A stretch of 64,000 nt of DNA from Candidatus Multivoradales bacterium (GCA_965223325.1 CBDCWI010000001.1:128001-192000); one strand, 5' to 3'. Positions 20,462 through 31,675 are shown, numbered from the stretch's first letter. Notes: generated by a model from the sequence alone, not told the origin. Made by a program: numbers and translations.

Positions 20462-21964
20462 ATGAATGCCACAAGTCTCTCTGCAACTCCCTGGGGCGCC
20501 GAAGCGCGCCTGGTCGAGGTCGAGGTCGATGTCCGCAACGGCATCCCCGCGACCCACCTCGTCGGTCTCGGCGACACTGCGGTACGTGAAAGTCGCGATC
20601 GGGTGATCGCGGCCATCGGTAACTCGGGCTTCGAGCTCGAACAACGACGGAATGTGATCAACCTGGCCCCGGCCGACCTGCGCAAGGAGGGCAATCACCT
20701 CGATCTGGCGATTGCCGTCACCATGCTGGCGGCGCACGACATGATTCCTGCTTCGGTCCTCGAGGGGCGGCTCCTGGCCGGTGAGCTCGGCCTCGACGGC
20801 TCTGTGCGACCGGTCCGTGGGTCACTGGCGATCGCCGAGGTGGCCCGCCAGCATGGCGTTGCCGAAGTGCTCTTGCCGCGTGAGTCTGCCTTTCAGGCGG
20901 CACACCTCGACGACGTACGCGTCCTCGCGGTGCGCGATCTGGCCGAGGCGATCGCCCATTTGCTCGGCAAGCAAGAACTCGCTCCGGTCACTCCCTCGCC
21001 GCCCCGCGCCACCGCGGAGCCGGTTCCTGATCTGGCCGATGTCCGCGGGCAGGAGACGGCCCGGCGGGCACTCGAGATCGCCGCCGCCGGCGGGCACAAT
21101 CTGCTCCTCGTCGGGCCTCCGGGAACCGGCAAGACGATGCTCGCCAGTCGCCTGCCCGGCATCATGCCACCGCTCAACACCGCCGAGGCGATCGAGATCA
21201 CGCGCATTCACTCGCTGGTGGAATCGGTTCCGCGACGCGACCTGCACCAACACCGGCCGTTCAGGGCTCCACACACGAGTGTCAGCACCGCCGCGCTGGT
21301 GGGTGGCGGCTCGGTGCCGCGTCCTGGCGAGGTGAGCCTGGCACACGGCGGGGTGCTGTTTCTCGATGAGTTTCCCGAGTTTCGCCGCGATGCTCTCGAG
21401 GCACTACGCCAGCCCGTCGAAGACGGCACCGTGACCGTTGTGCGCATGCGCGCCCGGGCGTCCTACCCCGCCCGCTTCATCCTGGCAGCTGCGATGAACC
21501 CATGCCCGTGCGGGCACTTCGGGAGCGACGACGGCTCGTGCCGCTGCCCCACCGAAGTTGTAGCGCGCTATCGAGGTCGCATTTCAGGGCCGCTCCTCGA
21601 CCGCATCGATCTGCACGTCGAGCTGCCGGCGGTGAGCTGGCGGGCGCTGCGCGGCGCGGGTGGGGAGCCATCTGTGGCGGTCGCCGAACGCGTTTCCAAG
21701 GCGCGCACCCACCAGCGGAAACGCTTTCCCAGGAGGCACGCAACGCCCTGGAACGCCGCCCTCGACCGCGACGGCCTCGAACAGCACGCACAGCTCGGCG
21801 AGCAGGCCGAACGGCTCCTCCAACGCGCCTTCCTCACCCTGCCCCTATCGGCGCGCGGCGTCGACCGCGTGCTGCGGGTCGCGAGAACCCTCGCCGATCT
21901 GGAGGGTGAGGGTGCGATTGCGACCCGTCACGTTGCTGAAGCGCTGCACTATCGACCGTCGTAG
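20462..21964 (+). CDS. comM: YifB/ComM Mg-chelatase-like AAA+ ATPase
   Basis: NLAPADLRKEG, GELGLDG, GPPGTGKTM, PGEVSLAHGGVLFLDE, AMNPCPCG and SGPLLDRID. Confidence 0.9.
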   Translation: MNATSLSATPWGAEARLVEVEVDVRNGIPATHLVGLGDTAVRESRDRVIAAIGNSGFELEQRRNVINLAPADLRKEGNHLDLAIAVTMLAAHDMIPASVLEGRLLAGELGLDGSVRPVRGSLAIAEVARQHGVAEVLLPRESAFQAAHLDDVRVLAVRDLAEAIAHLLGKQELAPVTPSPPRATAEPVPDLADVRGQETARRALEIAAAGGHNLLLVGPPGTGKTMLASRLPGIMPPLNTAEAIEITRIHSLVESVPRRDLHQHRPFRAPHTSVSTAALVGGGSVPRPGEVSLAHGGVLFLDEFPEFRRDALEALRQPVEDGTVTVVRMRARASYPARFILAAAMNPCPCGHFGSDDGSCRCPTEVVARYRGRISGPLLDRIDLHVELPAVSWRALRGAGGEPSVAVAERVSKARTHQRKRFPRRHATPWNAALDRDGLEQHAQLGEQAERLLQRAFLTLPLSARGVDRVLRVARTLADLEGEGAIATRHVAEALHYRPS

Positions 21965-22049
21965 CCTCGACGTACCAGCGCCCTATGCTGAATCAGCATA
22001 AGTCGATTCACTTCAACACCTACGTGACTCTGCGGTATGGTGACCGTTC

Positions 22050-22078
22050 TTGACACAAGTCGCTCGGAGCGACAGGAT
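22050..22078 (+). promoter_or_regulatory. Putative sigma70 promoter
   Basis: Perfect TTGACA at 22050-22055, 17-nt spacer, weak -10 CAGGAT. Confidence 0.4.
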
Positions 22079-22129
22079 TGCAGCCTCGCCTCCGGAGGGA
22101 GGGGAGGTCTGCTTTACAGTCTTGTCGTC

Positions 22130-22285
22130 TCATCTCGTGGCCCGCTCCGTTTGGGTGTGGACGCCCCCGCAGCGAGGTTCCTGGAACTGGCTTTCGCCAC
22201 CTCTGAAAGTCGTTTGTCGGAGCCCACTTGCCAAGGCGTTGTCCGGCAGAGCATCCCGGTGACCAACCGGTGGCCATGAGGAGTT
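22130..22285 (+). ncRNA. Putative long rod-shaped structured RNA (6S-like or 5' leader)
   Basis: Nested pairings CTCGTGGCC/GGCCATGAG, GGACGCC/GGCGTTGTCC, GTTCC/GGAGC and GGCTTTC/GAAAGTC in a 350-bp intergenic gap. Confidence 0.35.
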
Positions 22286-22315
22286 CTGTCCGGTCCGCCT
22301 ACCGAAGGTACGTCA

Positions 22316-23215
22316 ATGGGTCTCAAGTACCACACCATCATCGTCGTTCCCCATTCGCGCGCGCGTTTCCGCAAGTGGCGAGTCAGCAACCGCCAGCTCA
22401 AGCTCGCCGTCGCCACCGTCGCCGTGCTCACGCTCGCCGCCGGCTTCTTGACCTGGTCCTGGTTCGACACCTCGGTGAACCACGGCGAACTGGCGCGCCT
22501 GCGCACCGAGAACGAGCAGCTGCGCACGATCAACGATTCTTTCGAAGGTAGCGTGCGTGACCTGCAGCAGCAGCTCAGCAGCTACGAAGACCGCACCGCC
22601 GAACTCGCCATCGTCGCTGGACTCGAAGAGGTCCCCTCGACCGCCGGTCGCGTTGCCGGCTCGAACTCCGGTGCCGGCGGTACCGAAGACGTAAGCGCCA
22701 CCCGCTTCGACCTCGACCTCTTCGCTGAGCGCGCCGACCAACTCGACGAACAGCTCGACCTGGTCAGTTCAAAGCTCGAGGAGCGCTCGCTCTACATTTC
22801 GCGAACCCCGGCCATCATGCCGGTACGCGGCGTCTTCACCAGCCGCTATGGCTACCGCCGCGACCCGATCACCTCGAAGCGCGCCTACCACCAGGGCGTC
22901 GACATCTCAGCCCAGAAGGGTCGCCCGGTCTTCGCCACCGCCGACGGAGTCGTGACCAAGGCCGGACGCAACGGCAGCCTCGGGCGCGCCGTCTACCTTT
23001 CACACGGCTTCGGCCTGTCGACCCGCTACGGTCACCTCGACAAGCTCAACGTCGCTCCCGGCCAGAAGGTCCAACGCGGTGACGTGATCGGCTTTGTTGG
23101 CAACTCCGGGCGCTCGACCGGCTACCACCTGCACTACGAAGTGCGAGCGGACAACAAGGCCCTCGACCCGATGGGCTACATCCTCGATCTCCCGCGCGCC
23201 AAGCGCCGCGGCTGA
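22316..23215 (+). CDS. M23 family metallopeptidase with N-terminal TM and coiled coil
   Basis: YGYRRDP, HQGVD, TRYGHL and GRSTGYHLHYEV. Confidence 0.92.
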   Translation: MGLKYHTIIVVPHSRARFRKWRVSNRQLKLAVATVAVLTLAAGFLTWSWFDTSVNHGELARLRTENEQLRTINDSFEGSVRDLQQQLSSYEDRTAELAIVAGLEEVPSTAGRVAGSNSGAGGTEDVSATRFDLDLFAERADQLDEQLDLVSSKLEERSLYISRTPAIMPVRGVFTSRYGYRRDPITSKRAYHQGVDISAQKGRPVFATADGVVTKAGRNGSLGRAVYLSHGFGLSTRYGHLDKLNVAPGQKVQRGDVIGFVGNSGRSTGYHLHYEVRADNKALDPMGYILDLPRAKRRG

Positions 23216-23651
23216 GTTCATGCCGAGCGCCACCCCCATCGCCCTCTCGATCGTGCGGGCGCGGGCGGCGGCAGAAGGCTCAGAACCCCCACCGAGGCCG
23301 CCAGCGCAGGCGGCCTCGCCTGCGTTAGGATTCTGCCAGTGCACCGGCGCATCCTGGGATAGTTGCCTGACGGCACACCCTCCCCCTGGCGCGCAACCAC
23401 GACGAACCGGGCCCAGCCACTCCGGCAAGGGGACATTCCTCCGCCATAGGGGCAAGAGCCTGATGCGTTGCTGGGATCATCTCGGGGCCTCGTCGCTCTT
23501 CTTGCGATACCAAGGCGGTCACCGCCAGCCAACCGTCGCCCTGCGGCTTCGGAGGCGTGGCGGCGAAGCGCTACCCGAACGCCGCCGGAACCCCTGGCCC
23601 ATCGCTTCCCCCCGAGAATCCTTCCCCCGAACCCCGAACGAGAACTGAAAC

Positions 23652-26411
23652 ATGGGCGTTTTGACCAAGGTCTTTGGAACCAAACACGAACGCGAAGTCA
23701 AGCGGCTACAACCGAAGGTCGACGCGATCAACGCGCTCGAGGCTCGTTTCGAGGCCCTCTCCGACGAACAGCTGCGCGAGAAGACGGTCGAGTTCCGCGC
23801 CCAGCTCGAGACCGGCACCGCGCTCGATGACCTCCTGGTTCCCGCCTTCGCGGTGACCCGCGAGGCGGCCAAGCGGGTTCTCGGCATGCGCCACTACGAC
23901 GTCCAGCTGGTCGGCGGCATCGTTCTCCATCAGGGCAAGATCGCCGAGATGAAGACCGGTGAGGGTAAGACCCTGGTCGCAACCCTGCCGGTCTACCTGA
24001 ACGCCCTCACCGGCCGCGGCGTGCACGTCGTCACGGTGAACGACTACCTCGCCCAGCGCGACGCTCAGTGGATGGGCCAGGTCTACCGCTTCCTCGGGCT
24101 CGAAGTCGGCTGCATCGTGCACGGCCTCGATCCCGACGATCGCCGCCGCGCCTACGCCGCGGATGTCACTTACGGCACCAACAACGAGATCGGCTTCGAC
24201 TACCTGCGCGACAACATGGCGATCTCGCGCGACCGCATGGTGCAGCGCGAACACCACTATGCGATCGTCGACGAGGTCGACTCGATCCTGGTCGATGAGG
24301 CACGCACTCCGCTGATCATCTCGGGTCCCTCCGAGGAGTCGGTCGACAAGTACTACTCGATCGACCGCATCATCCCCAAGCTCGAACGCGGCGAGGAGAT
24401 CGAAGAGGGTGATCACAAGTACACCACCGGCGACTTCATCATCGACGAAAAGAATCACACCGCCACGCTCACCGAAGAAGGCGCCGAGAAGGTCGAGAAG
24501 ATCCTCGGCATCGGCAACCTCTTCGACATGGAGAACGTCGAGATCCTGCACGGCGTCAACCAGGGGCTGCGCGCACATCATCTGTACAAGCGTGACGTCA
24601 ACTATCTGGTCATGGACGGCCAGGTGGTCATCGTCGACGAATTCACCGGGCGCATGATGCCGGGCCGCCGCTGGTCTGATGGCCTCCACCAGGCAGTCGA
24701 GGCCAAAGAGGGGGTCAAGATCGAGCAAGAGAACCAGACTCTCGCCACGATCACCTACCAGAACCTCTTCCGCGGCTACGAGAAGCTCGCTGGCATGACC
24801 GGCACCGCCGATACGGAGGCGACCGAGTTCGGCGAGATCTACAAACTCGAGGTGGTCGTCATCCCGACCAACCTGCCCATCGCTCGCGACGACCGCGAAG
24901 ACTTCATCTTCGGAACGACTCCCGAGAAGTGGAACGCGGTGGCCGACGAGATCGAAGAATGCCAGGCCAAGGGGCAGCCCGTCCTCGTTGGCACGGTCTC
25001 GATCGAGAAGAGCGAGATGATCTCGAAGCTGCTCAAGAAGCGGCGCGTGCCGCACGTGGTTCTCAACGCCAAGCACCACCAGAAGGAAGCCAGCATCGTC
25101 GCCCAGGCGGGCCGCTTGGGCTCGGTCACCATCGCCACCAACATGGCCGGCCGCGGAACCGACATCGTCCTTGGTGGCAACGCCGAACAGCTCGCCGCTA
25201 TGGAGGCCGACCCGCAGGAAGATCCCGAGGGTCACGCCGCCGCACTCGCGAAGTTGGAGGTGTCGACCAAGGAGGAGCGCGAAAAGGTTCTCGAGGCCGG
25301 CGGTCTCCACATTCTCGGTACTGAACGCCACGAGTCCCGACGCATCGACAACCAGCTGCGCGGCCGCTCAGGTCGTCAGGGTGACCCCGGCTCGTCACGC
25401 TTCTTCCTGTCGCTCGAAGACGACCTGATGCGGATCTTCGCCAACGAGCGCATGCAGGCGCTGATGCAGCGCTGGGGGCTCGAGGACGGCGTGCCCATCG
25501 AGTCGCGCATGGTGAGTCGGGCGATTGAAAGCGCGCAAACCAAGGTCGAAGCGCGCAACTTCGAGATTCGCAAGAACCTGCTCGAGTACGACGACGTCAT
25601 GAACATGCAGCGCGAAGCCATCTACGGCCTGCGCCGCGACGTACTCGACGGCAAAGAGGGTCGCGACTACATCTTGCGCACCGCCCGTGACGTCGTCGAC
25701 TACATCATCGAGAGCAACTGCCCCGAGAAGGACGACCCCGCCGACTGGGACCTTGCCAGCGTACACAACGAGGTCACGGCCTACTTCGACGTCGATGTTT
25801 CGGAGATTGCCAACGAGCCCGGTCAGTACGGCACCGAAGACCTGCAGGAGCTGATCTGGGAACGCTCCCTGGCCCGTTACGAAGAGAAGGAGAACGAGTA
25901 CGACGAGGAGGACTGGCGCTGGGCCGAGAAGCGCGTTCTGCTCACCACGATCGATCGCTCCTGGAAGGATCACCTGCTCGCACTCGATCACCTCCGCGAA
26001 GGCATCGGCCTGCGCGGCTATGCCCAGCGGGATCCCAAGAACGAGTACAAGCGCGAGAGCTACGACCTCTTCCAGTCGATGAAGGAACGCATTGAGGACA
26101 CGGCGCTCAAGACCATCTGGCGCCTACAGCCCATCACCAGCGAACAGCGTGAGGAACTCGCCCGTCGCATGCGTCAGCGCCCGCGCGGCCTGACCCTCAA
26201 CAAGCCAGCCGTGGCCGGCATGGCCGGGGTTTCGACCGACACCGCCCCGTCTTCAGGTCAACCACCGCAGATACGCAACCAGGCCGCGGCCGGAGGCGGA
26301 ACTCCAGGACCGCCCGTCACCATCGTGCGCAACGAACCCAAGGTCGGCCGCAACGAGCCTTGCCCCTGCGGTTCCGGCAAGAAGTACAAGAAGTGCCACG
26401 GCAGAGCCTGA
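23652..26411 (+). CDS. secA: Preprotein translocase SecA
   Basis: [36 protein letters not shown] and C-terminal [13 protein letters not shown]. Confidence 0.98.
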   Translation: MGVLTKVFGTKHEREVKRLQPKVDAINALEARFEALSDEQLREKTVEFRAQLETGTALDDLLVPAFAVTREAAKRVLGMRHYDVQLVGGIVLHQGKIAEMKTGEGKTLVATLPVYLNALTGRGVHVVTVNDYLAQRDAQWMGQVYRFLGLEVGCIVHGLDPDDRRRAYAADVTYGTNNEIGFDYLRDNMAISRDRMVQREHHYAIVDEVDSILVDEARTPLIISGPSEESVDKYYSIDRIIPKLERGEEIEEGDHKYTTGDFIIDEKNHTATLTEEGAEKVEKILGIGNLFDMENVEILHGVNQGLRAHHLYKRDVNYLVMDGQVVIVDEFTGRMMPGRRWSDGLHQAVEAKEGVKIEQENQTLATITYQNLFRGYEKLAGMTGTADTEATEFGEIYKLEVVVIPTNLPIARDDREDFIFGTTPEKWNAVADEIEECQAKGQPVLVGTVSIEKSEMISKLLKKRRVPHVVLNAKHHQKEASIVAQAGRLGSVTIATNMAGRGTDIVLGGNAEQLAAMEADPQEDPEGHAAALAKLEVSTKEEREKVLEAGGLHILGTERHESRRIDNQLRGRSGRQGDPGSSRFFLSLEDDLMRIFANERMQALMQRWGLEDGVPIESRMVSRAIESAQTKVEARNFEIRKNLLEYDDVMNMQREAIYGLRRDVLDGKEGRDYILRTARDVVDYIIESNCPEKDDPADWDLASVHNEVTAYFDVDVSEIANEPGQYGTEDLQELIWERSLARYEEKENEYDEEDWRWAEKRVLLTTIDRSWKDHLLALDHLREGIGLRGYAQRDPKNEYKRESYDLFQSMKERIEDTALKTIWRLQPITSEQREELARRMRQRPRGLTLNKPAVAGMAGVSTDTAPSSGQPPQIRNQAAAGGGTPGPPVTIVRNEPKVGRNEPCPCGSGKKYKKCHGRA

Positions 26412-26456
26412 ACCTCTAGCAGACCACCAGACCCCCAAAGACCCCCGGACGTATCG

Positions 26457-27938
26457 ATGAGCCGCAGCCAAGACCCCCTTCTCCCCCCGCTCGCCCTGAC
26501 CTTCGACGACGTCCTCTTGCGTCCCGGCATGTCCGAGATTCATCCGAACGACATCTCGCTCAAAACCCGCATCTGCCGCGGGATCGACCTCAACGTGCCT
26601 ATCGTCTCGGCAGCGATGGACACGGTGACGGAGTCGAGCCTGGCCATTGCCATCGCCCAGGAAGGCGGCATTGGCGTGGTCCACAAGAACCTCTCGGTCG
26701 CCGAACAGGCCGCGCAAGTAGACAAGGTCAAGCGCTCCGAGGCGGGCATGATCGTCGACCCGATCACCATGCGGCCCGACCAGAAGATCCAGGAAGCCCT
26801 CGATCTGATGGCGAACTACAAGATCTCGGGCCTACCTGTAACCGACGACGAGGGGCGCCTCGTCGGCATCCTTACCAACCGCGACCTACGCTTCGAAACC
26901 GAGGTCGACCGCCACGTGCGTGACCTGATGACCTCCGAGAACCTGGTCACGGTTCCAGAGGGCACCACCCTCGAAGAGGCCAAGGCCACCCTCCATCGCC
27001 ATCGCATCGAAAAACTGCTGGTGGTCGACGACGACGGCAACCTCCAGGGACTGATCACGGTCAAAGACATTCAGAAGATGCAGAAGTATCCGAGCGCTTG
27101 CAAAGACGCCCTCGGTCGCTTGCGGGTCGCAGCCGCGGTGGGCGCTTCCGGAGACTTCCTCGAACGCGCAGCGGCGCTGGTCGAGTCGAAGGTCGACATG
27201 TTGGTCCTCGATTCTTCGCACGCCCACAGCCGCGGTGTTCTCGACGCACTCGAAACCCTGCGCGAGGAGTTCCCCGCCGCCAAGCTGATGGTCGGCAACG
27301 TCTCGACCGGTGAGGGCGCCAGGGCGCTCGCGGAGCGTGGCGCAGACGCGGTCAAGGTAGGAATCGGCCCCGGCTCGATTTGCACGACCCGCATCGTGAC
27401 CGGAGCGGGCATGCCACAGATCACCGCCATCAACAGCGTGGCGCGTGAGCTCGAAGATGACAACATCCCCATCTGTGCCGACGGCGGCCTACGCTTTTCA
27501 GGCGATCTCACCAAGGCCCTGGCGGCCGGCGGTCACTCTGTGATGATCGGTTCTCTGCTCGCCGGTACCGAGGAGAGCCCGGGCGAGACCATTCTCTACC
27601 AGGGTCGCACCTACAAGGCCTACCGCGGCATGGGTTCGCTCTCGGCGATGAGCCGCGGCAGCGCCGACCGCTACTTCCAGGAGTCTGAGAACGGGCTCAG
27701 CAAGTTGGTTCCAGAAGGAATCGAAGGCATGGTGCCCTACAAGGGCAGCATGCACCAGATGATTCTCCAGCTCACCGGGGGCCTACGAGCCGGCATGGGA
27801 CTCTCCGGCTGCGCCAGCATCGACGACCTGCGCACCGCCTCCACCCTGGTCCGCGTGACCTCCGCAGGCCACAAAGAGGGCCACGCCCACGACGTCACGA
27901 TCACCAAAGAAGCTCCAAACTACTGGGTCGAGAGCTAG
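26457..27938 (+). CDS. guaB: IMP dehydrogenase
   Basis: [19 protein letters not shown] pair, [17 protein letters not shown] and VPEGIEG. Confidence 0.97.
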   Translation: MSRSQDPLLPPLALTFDDVLLRPGMSEIHPNDISLKTRICRGIDLNVPIVSAAMDTVTESSLAIAIAQEGGIGVVHKNLSVAEQAAQVDKVKRSEAGMIVDPITMRPDQKIQEALDLMANYKISGLPVTDDEGRLVGILTNRDLRFETEVDRHVRDLMTSENLVTVPEGTTLEEAKATLHRHRIEKLLVVDDDGNLQGLITVKDIQKMQKYPSACKDALGRLRVAAAVGASGDFLERAAALVESKVDMLVLDSSHAHSRGVLDALETLREEFPAAKLMVGNVSTGEGARALAERGADAVKVGIGPGSICTTRIVTGAGMPQITAINSVARELEDDNIPICADGGLRFSGDLTKALAAGGHSVMIGSLLAGTEESPGETILYQGRTYKAYRGMGSLSAMSRGSADRYFQESENGLSKLVPEGIEGMVPYKGSMHQMILQLTGGLRAGMGLSGCASIDDLRTASTLVRVTSAGHKEGHAHDVTITKEAPNYWVES

Positions 27939-29337
27939 CGCGCCCCGTGGTGTCCGGCCCCTGGGTAGGCGGGCCTCGTTAGGTTGATCCGGGCTGCGGA
28001 GTCACGACCTTGCGGTGTCGACAAGTCGTTTACCACGGGGCGCGCTAGCCATCACATTGGCCGCTCAAGCGGTCCGCCGCGCGGGCCGCCCTCGAAAGCG
28101 CTCGCCCTGCACCCGCGATCCCAGACTGCGTTGATCCGTCGCGAGCGGCGGATTCGTGGCGTCAGCGCAACCCATTCCCGGAGACCGTGGTGTCCGGCCC
28201 CTGGGTAGGCGGGCCTCGTTAGGTTGATCCGGGCTGCGGAGTCACGACCTTGCGGTGTCGACAAGTCGTTTACCACGGGGCGCGCTAGCCATCACATTGG
28301 CCGCTCAAGCGGTCCGCCGCGCGGGCCGCCCTCGAAAGTGCTCGCCCTGCACCCGCGATCCCAGACTGCGTTGATCCGTCGCGAGCGGCGGATTCGTGGC
28401 GTCAGCGCAACCCATTCCCGGAGACCGTGGTGTCCGGCCCCTGTGTACGCGGGCCTCGTTAGGTTGATCCGGGCTGCGGAGTCACGACCTTGCGGTGTCG
28501 ACAAGTCGTTTACCACGGGGCGCGCTAGCCATCACATTGGCCGCTCAAGCGGTCCGCCGCGCGGGCCGCCCTCGAAAGCGCTCGCTCTGCACCCGCGATC
28601 CCAGACTGCGTTGATCCGTCGCGAGCGGCGGATTCGTGGCGTCAGCGCAACCCATTCCCGGAGACCGTGGTTTTCCGGCCCCTGGGTAGGCGGGCCTCGT
28701 TAGGTTGATCCGGGCTGCGGAGTCACGACCTTGCGGTGTCGACAAGTCGTTTACCACGGGGCGCGCTAGCCATCACATTGGCCGCTCAAGCGGTCCGCCG
28801 CGCGGGCCGCCCTCGAAACGGGGCGCGCTAGCCATCACATTGGCCGCTCAAGCGGTCCGCCGCGCGGGCCGCCCTCGAAAGCGCTCGCTCTGCACCCGCG
28901 ATCCCAGACTGCGTTGATCCGTCGCGAGCGGCGGATTCGTGGCGTCAGCGCAACCCATTCCCGGAGACAAGTCGTTTACCACGGGGCGCGCTAGCCATCA
29001 CATTGGCCGCTCCGCCGCGCGGGCCGCCCTCGAAAGCGCTCGTCTGCACCCGCGATCCCAGACTGCGTTGATCCGTCGCGAGCGGCGGATTCGTGGCGTC
29101 AGCGCAACCCATTCCCGGAGACCGTGGTGTCCGGCCCCTGTGTACGCGGGCCTCGTTAGGTTGATCCGGGCTGCGGAGTCACGACCTTGCGGTGTCGACA
29201 AGTCGTTTACCACGGGGCGCGCTAGCCATCACATTGGCCGCTCAAGCGGTCCGCCGCGCGGGCCGCCCTCGAAAGTGCTCGCCCTGCACCCGCGATCCCA
29301 GACTGCGTTGATCCGTCGCGAGCGGCGGATTCGTGGC
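27934..29337 (+). repeat. Tandem array of about six 240-bp GC-rich palindrome-rich units
   Basis: Unit starts CCGTGGT at 27945, 28185, 28425, 28665 and 29122, plus a 5'-truncated unit near 28966; copies near-identical; no variable spacers. Confidence 0.95.
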
Positions 29338-29455
29338 ACCCCGCCAAGACCCCGCCGACCTCCCCGGCCCCCCGCCCTCAACGAGAACCCCTGTCCGGCA
29401 GAAAGCCGCGTCCGTCGCCCAACGCGGATGGGCCGCTTCAATTGAGTAGCGCGGA

Positions 29456-29623
29456 GTGCACGAGGGCGCCTGGGCAACGGTCCAGGGCTCTCTCGACGGC
29501 CGCTCTGGTAGAGCTCTCGCAGTCGAGAACGACATGCGGCCATCGAGCGAAGGCGGCGCTACCCATGGCAGTCCGAACAAGCGCCGCCGTGCCCAGGACC
29601 GTCGCCCAAGCGTCCTCGTGCAC
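29456..29623. repeat. 168-bp element with 33-bp terminal inverted repeat and internal hairpins (MITE/REP-like or ncRNA)
   Basis: 29456-29488 vs 29591-29623 match as inverted repeats at 29/33 positions; several nested inner inverted repeats. Confidence 0.6.
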
Positions 29624-29762
29624 GTCAATCCCGCCCCAAACCAACCATCATCCACCAGGAGAACAAGAACCTGTACAACCGAGAAAGCGGCAAGGGTAGA
29701 GATCGAGTCCCCCCATCGCGGGCCGACCGATCCGCCGGATCCACACCATCGATCAGCGGCGG

Positions 29763-30386
29763 CTAAGAGTCGCCGTTCTGATGAACACCCCGCACCGCGG
29801 CCACAGTCTGGTCGGCGATCTTGGCGATCGGTGTGTCGAGCTCGAAGGCCTCGAGCCAGAGGTGGGCGCCGTCGGAGGCGCGCACAACCTCGACCAGCAG
29901 CTGCCAACGCTCCTCGCGCTCGAAGACCCGCCCGCTGACGACCGAGTCGGCGCCGAGCTCGCGATGTAGTCGCCGGAGTTCGCGGCTGCGGTCGCCTCCT
30001 GCGGTCACGCGGAACGAACGCGTGGCGGCCGGCCCGAGAACCAGAAGCCGCTGCTGTCCGGCCCGACCCGGCGCACCGAGGCGCGCCACCAGGGCACCGG
30101 CGAAGGAACTCACCTCGCTCTCCTCGAGTGCCTCCCGGAGGGCGAGCAGGTTCTCCTCTCCTCGACCTCCCTGCAAAGCGAACCCATCGAATGGCAGCAC
30201 CGCCACAGTCGGTGTCCGCCGCGGCTCAGGCAGCGGTGCCGCCTCCTCACGCGGGAGCTCCGGCTGCCCTCCTAGCCACAGCACAGTCCCGATCGTGAGG
30301 ACAGCCAGTGCCAGCGACGCCACCGACCAGGTCGCCAGCTGATAGCTACCGGCCGCGCGCCGGCGCCGTCGACTCGTCGTTGTCAC
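29763..30386 (-). CDS. Membrane-anchored protein with TolB-N-like domain
   Basis: TM helix, then VAVLPF, LGADSVVSGRV and VEVVRASDGAHLW; overlaps the peptidase stop by 4 nt. Confidence 0.6.
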   Translation of the reverse strand: MTTTSRRRRRAAGSYQLATWSVASLALAVLTIGTVLWLGGQPELPREEAAPLPEPRRTPTVAVLPFDGFALQGGRGEENLLALREALEESEVSSFAGALVARLGAPGRAGQQRLLVLGPAATRSFRVTAGGDRSRELRRLHRELGADSVVSGRVFEREERWQLLVEVVRASDGAHLWLEAFELDTPIAKIADQTVAAVRGVHQNGDS

Positions 30387-31675
30387 GACGACCGCTTGTA
30401 GGCCCGCGGATCCAGATCGTACGGCAGCGGCGTCAGGTTGCGCACGCCGTCTGCTTCAACCACCAGCAGATCCTCGAGTCGCACCCCGAAGCCGGCCTCG
30501 ACATCGTAGAGCCCAGGTTCGATTGTCACCACGTCACCTTGCTCGAGCGTGTGGTCCGGCGCATCGCCGCCGCGCGACGACCCCCGCAGAGCCGGAAGCT
30601 CATGAAGTTCGAAACCGACACCGTGGCCCAGCGTGTGCACATAGCCGGTTTCGGATCCGGGATCGGAACGCAGTGTCGGCCAACCGCGCTCCTCATAGAG
30701 GTCACAGGTTGCATCCTGCAGTTTCGCACCCGTTACCCCGGGGCGGGCAGCCCCGGTCGCACCTTCGAGAGCCGCCAGCGTGTCGCTCCAGGCACGCGCC
30801 AGTTCTCCTCCTGGCTCCCCGACACAGAAGGTGCGGGTACAGTCTGCGAACAGTCGGCCACGGGGAAAGAGATCGACCACCAGCCCCTCGCCCGTCACCA
30901 GCACACGCTCGTTGGTCCCGGCGTTGTGAGGCACTCCACCCTCCTCGCCCGGAGCCAGGATACTGCCCTCCGATTGGTCGAGCCCGGCGCTACCGAAACA
31001 CTCTGCGACGAGCCCGCGCAGATCGCCGACGCGTAACCGCTCGCCGCCGAGCCAGAGTTCAGCACCCCGACCCCGACTGGCCGGCTCGGCATCGGCCAGC
31101 GCACCGGCTATCGCACGAAAGGCCCGGCACACGACTCCTGCCACCCGCTCGATCTCGGCGATCTCGTGCGCCGACTTCACCTTGCGTACCCGCCGCATGA
31201 GGTCGTGTCCCGAAACCAGTCGATAGCCAGCGCTTTCCAGCTCGCGCGCCGCTTCGACCATGTTGCCCAGCGCCTCGTGCCCGGCGAGAGCGACCACACC
31301 GGGCTCGATCTCGCCATTGAGGAGCGCCTTGCCGAGCACCCACGCCAGAGCAGCGCCCGGGCCATCGCTCTCACGCTGCGCCTTGGCGACTTCGAGGCGC
31401 GCCGGGTCGATCACTTCGAGGCCGGTCGCTTCGGCCTCGCCCCGGTCGAGTGACGAGAAGAAGGCCAGGCGCGGGGCATCCCCGGGTCGCGCGACGACTG
31501 CTAACTGACCAATACGGACCTCGCCCAGAAACGGCGCGGCATCTGGATCACGCGCGTTGTGTCCCACCACCAGAAGCCCCGAGGCGCCAAGCGCCTCGAG
31601 CTCATGAGCCAGGCGATCTTGCCTCGCCTCTTCTCGCGGCGAGCTTCCGGCTCCCCGACCGCTCACCTCGCGCAA
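30383..31675 (-). CDS. M24 family (Xaa-Pro) peptidase
   Basis: RKVKSAHEI, VPH, VDLFP, ADCTRTF, HTLGHGVGFELHE, TIEPGLY and GVRLED. Confidence 0.92.
   Translation of the reverse strand: MREVSGRGAGSSPREEARQDRLAHELEALGASGLLVVGHNARDPDAAPFLGEVRIGQLAVVARPGDAPRLAFFSSLDRGEAEATGLEVIDPARLEVAKAQRESDGPGAALAWVLGKALLNGEIEPGVVALAGHEALGNMVEAARELESAGYRLVSGHDLMRRVRKVKSAHEIAEIERVAGVVCRAFRAIAGALADAEPASRGRGAELWLGGERLRVGDLRGLVAECFGSAGLDQSEGSILAPGEEGGVPHNAGTNERVLVTGEGLVVDLFPRGRLFADCTRTFCVGEPGGELARAWSDTLAALEGATGAARPGVTGAKLQDATCDLYEERGWPTLRSDPGSETGYVHTLGHGVGFELHELPALRGSSRGGDAPDHTLEQGDVVTIEPGLYDVEAGFGVRLEDLLVVEADGVRNLTPLPYDLDPRAYKRSS

Noticed and set aside
23094-23648. ORF ending 3 nt before secA as a SecM-like arrest peptide
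   Set aside because: Overlaps the M23 gene, has no signal peptide, no RAGP/RAPP-like arrest motif, and shadow-ORF composition
23706-25331. Long antisense ORFs (here opposite secA; also 10013-11479, 44096-45304, 48969-50123, 62046-63761)
   Set aside because: Shadow frames of high-GC codon-biased genes on the opposite strand
27934-29337. Array 1 as a CRISPR array
   Set aside because: Units are 240 bp and near-identical along their full length; no unique spacers and no cas genes
27984-29445. Repeated 70-170 aa ORFs in array 1 (unit length divisible by 3; TAG to TAC variants fuse units)
   Set aside because: No recognisable domain or RBS; indels in units 4-5 break the frame; ORFs occur on both strands as expected for GC-rich repeats
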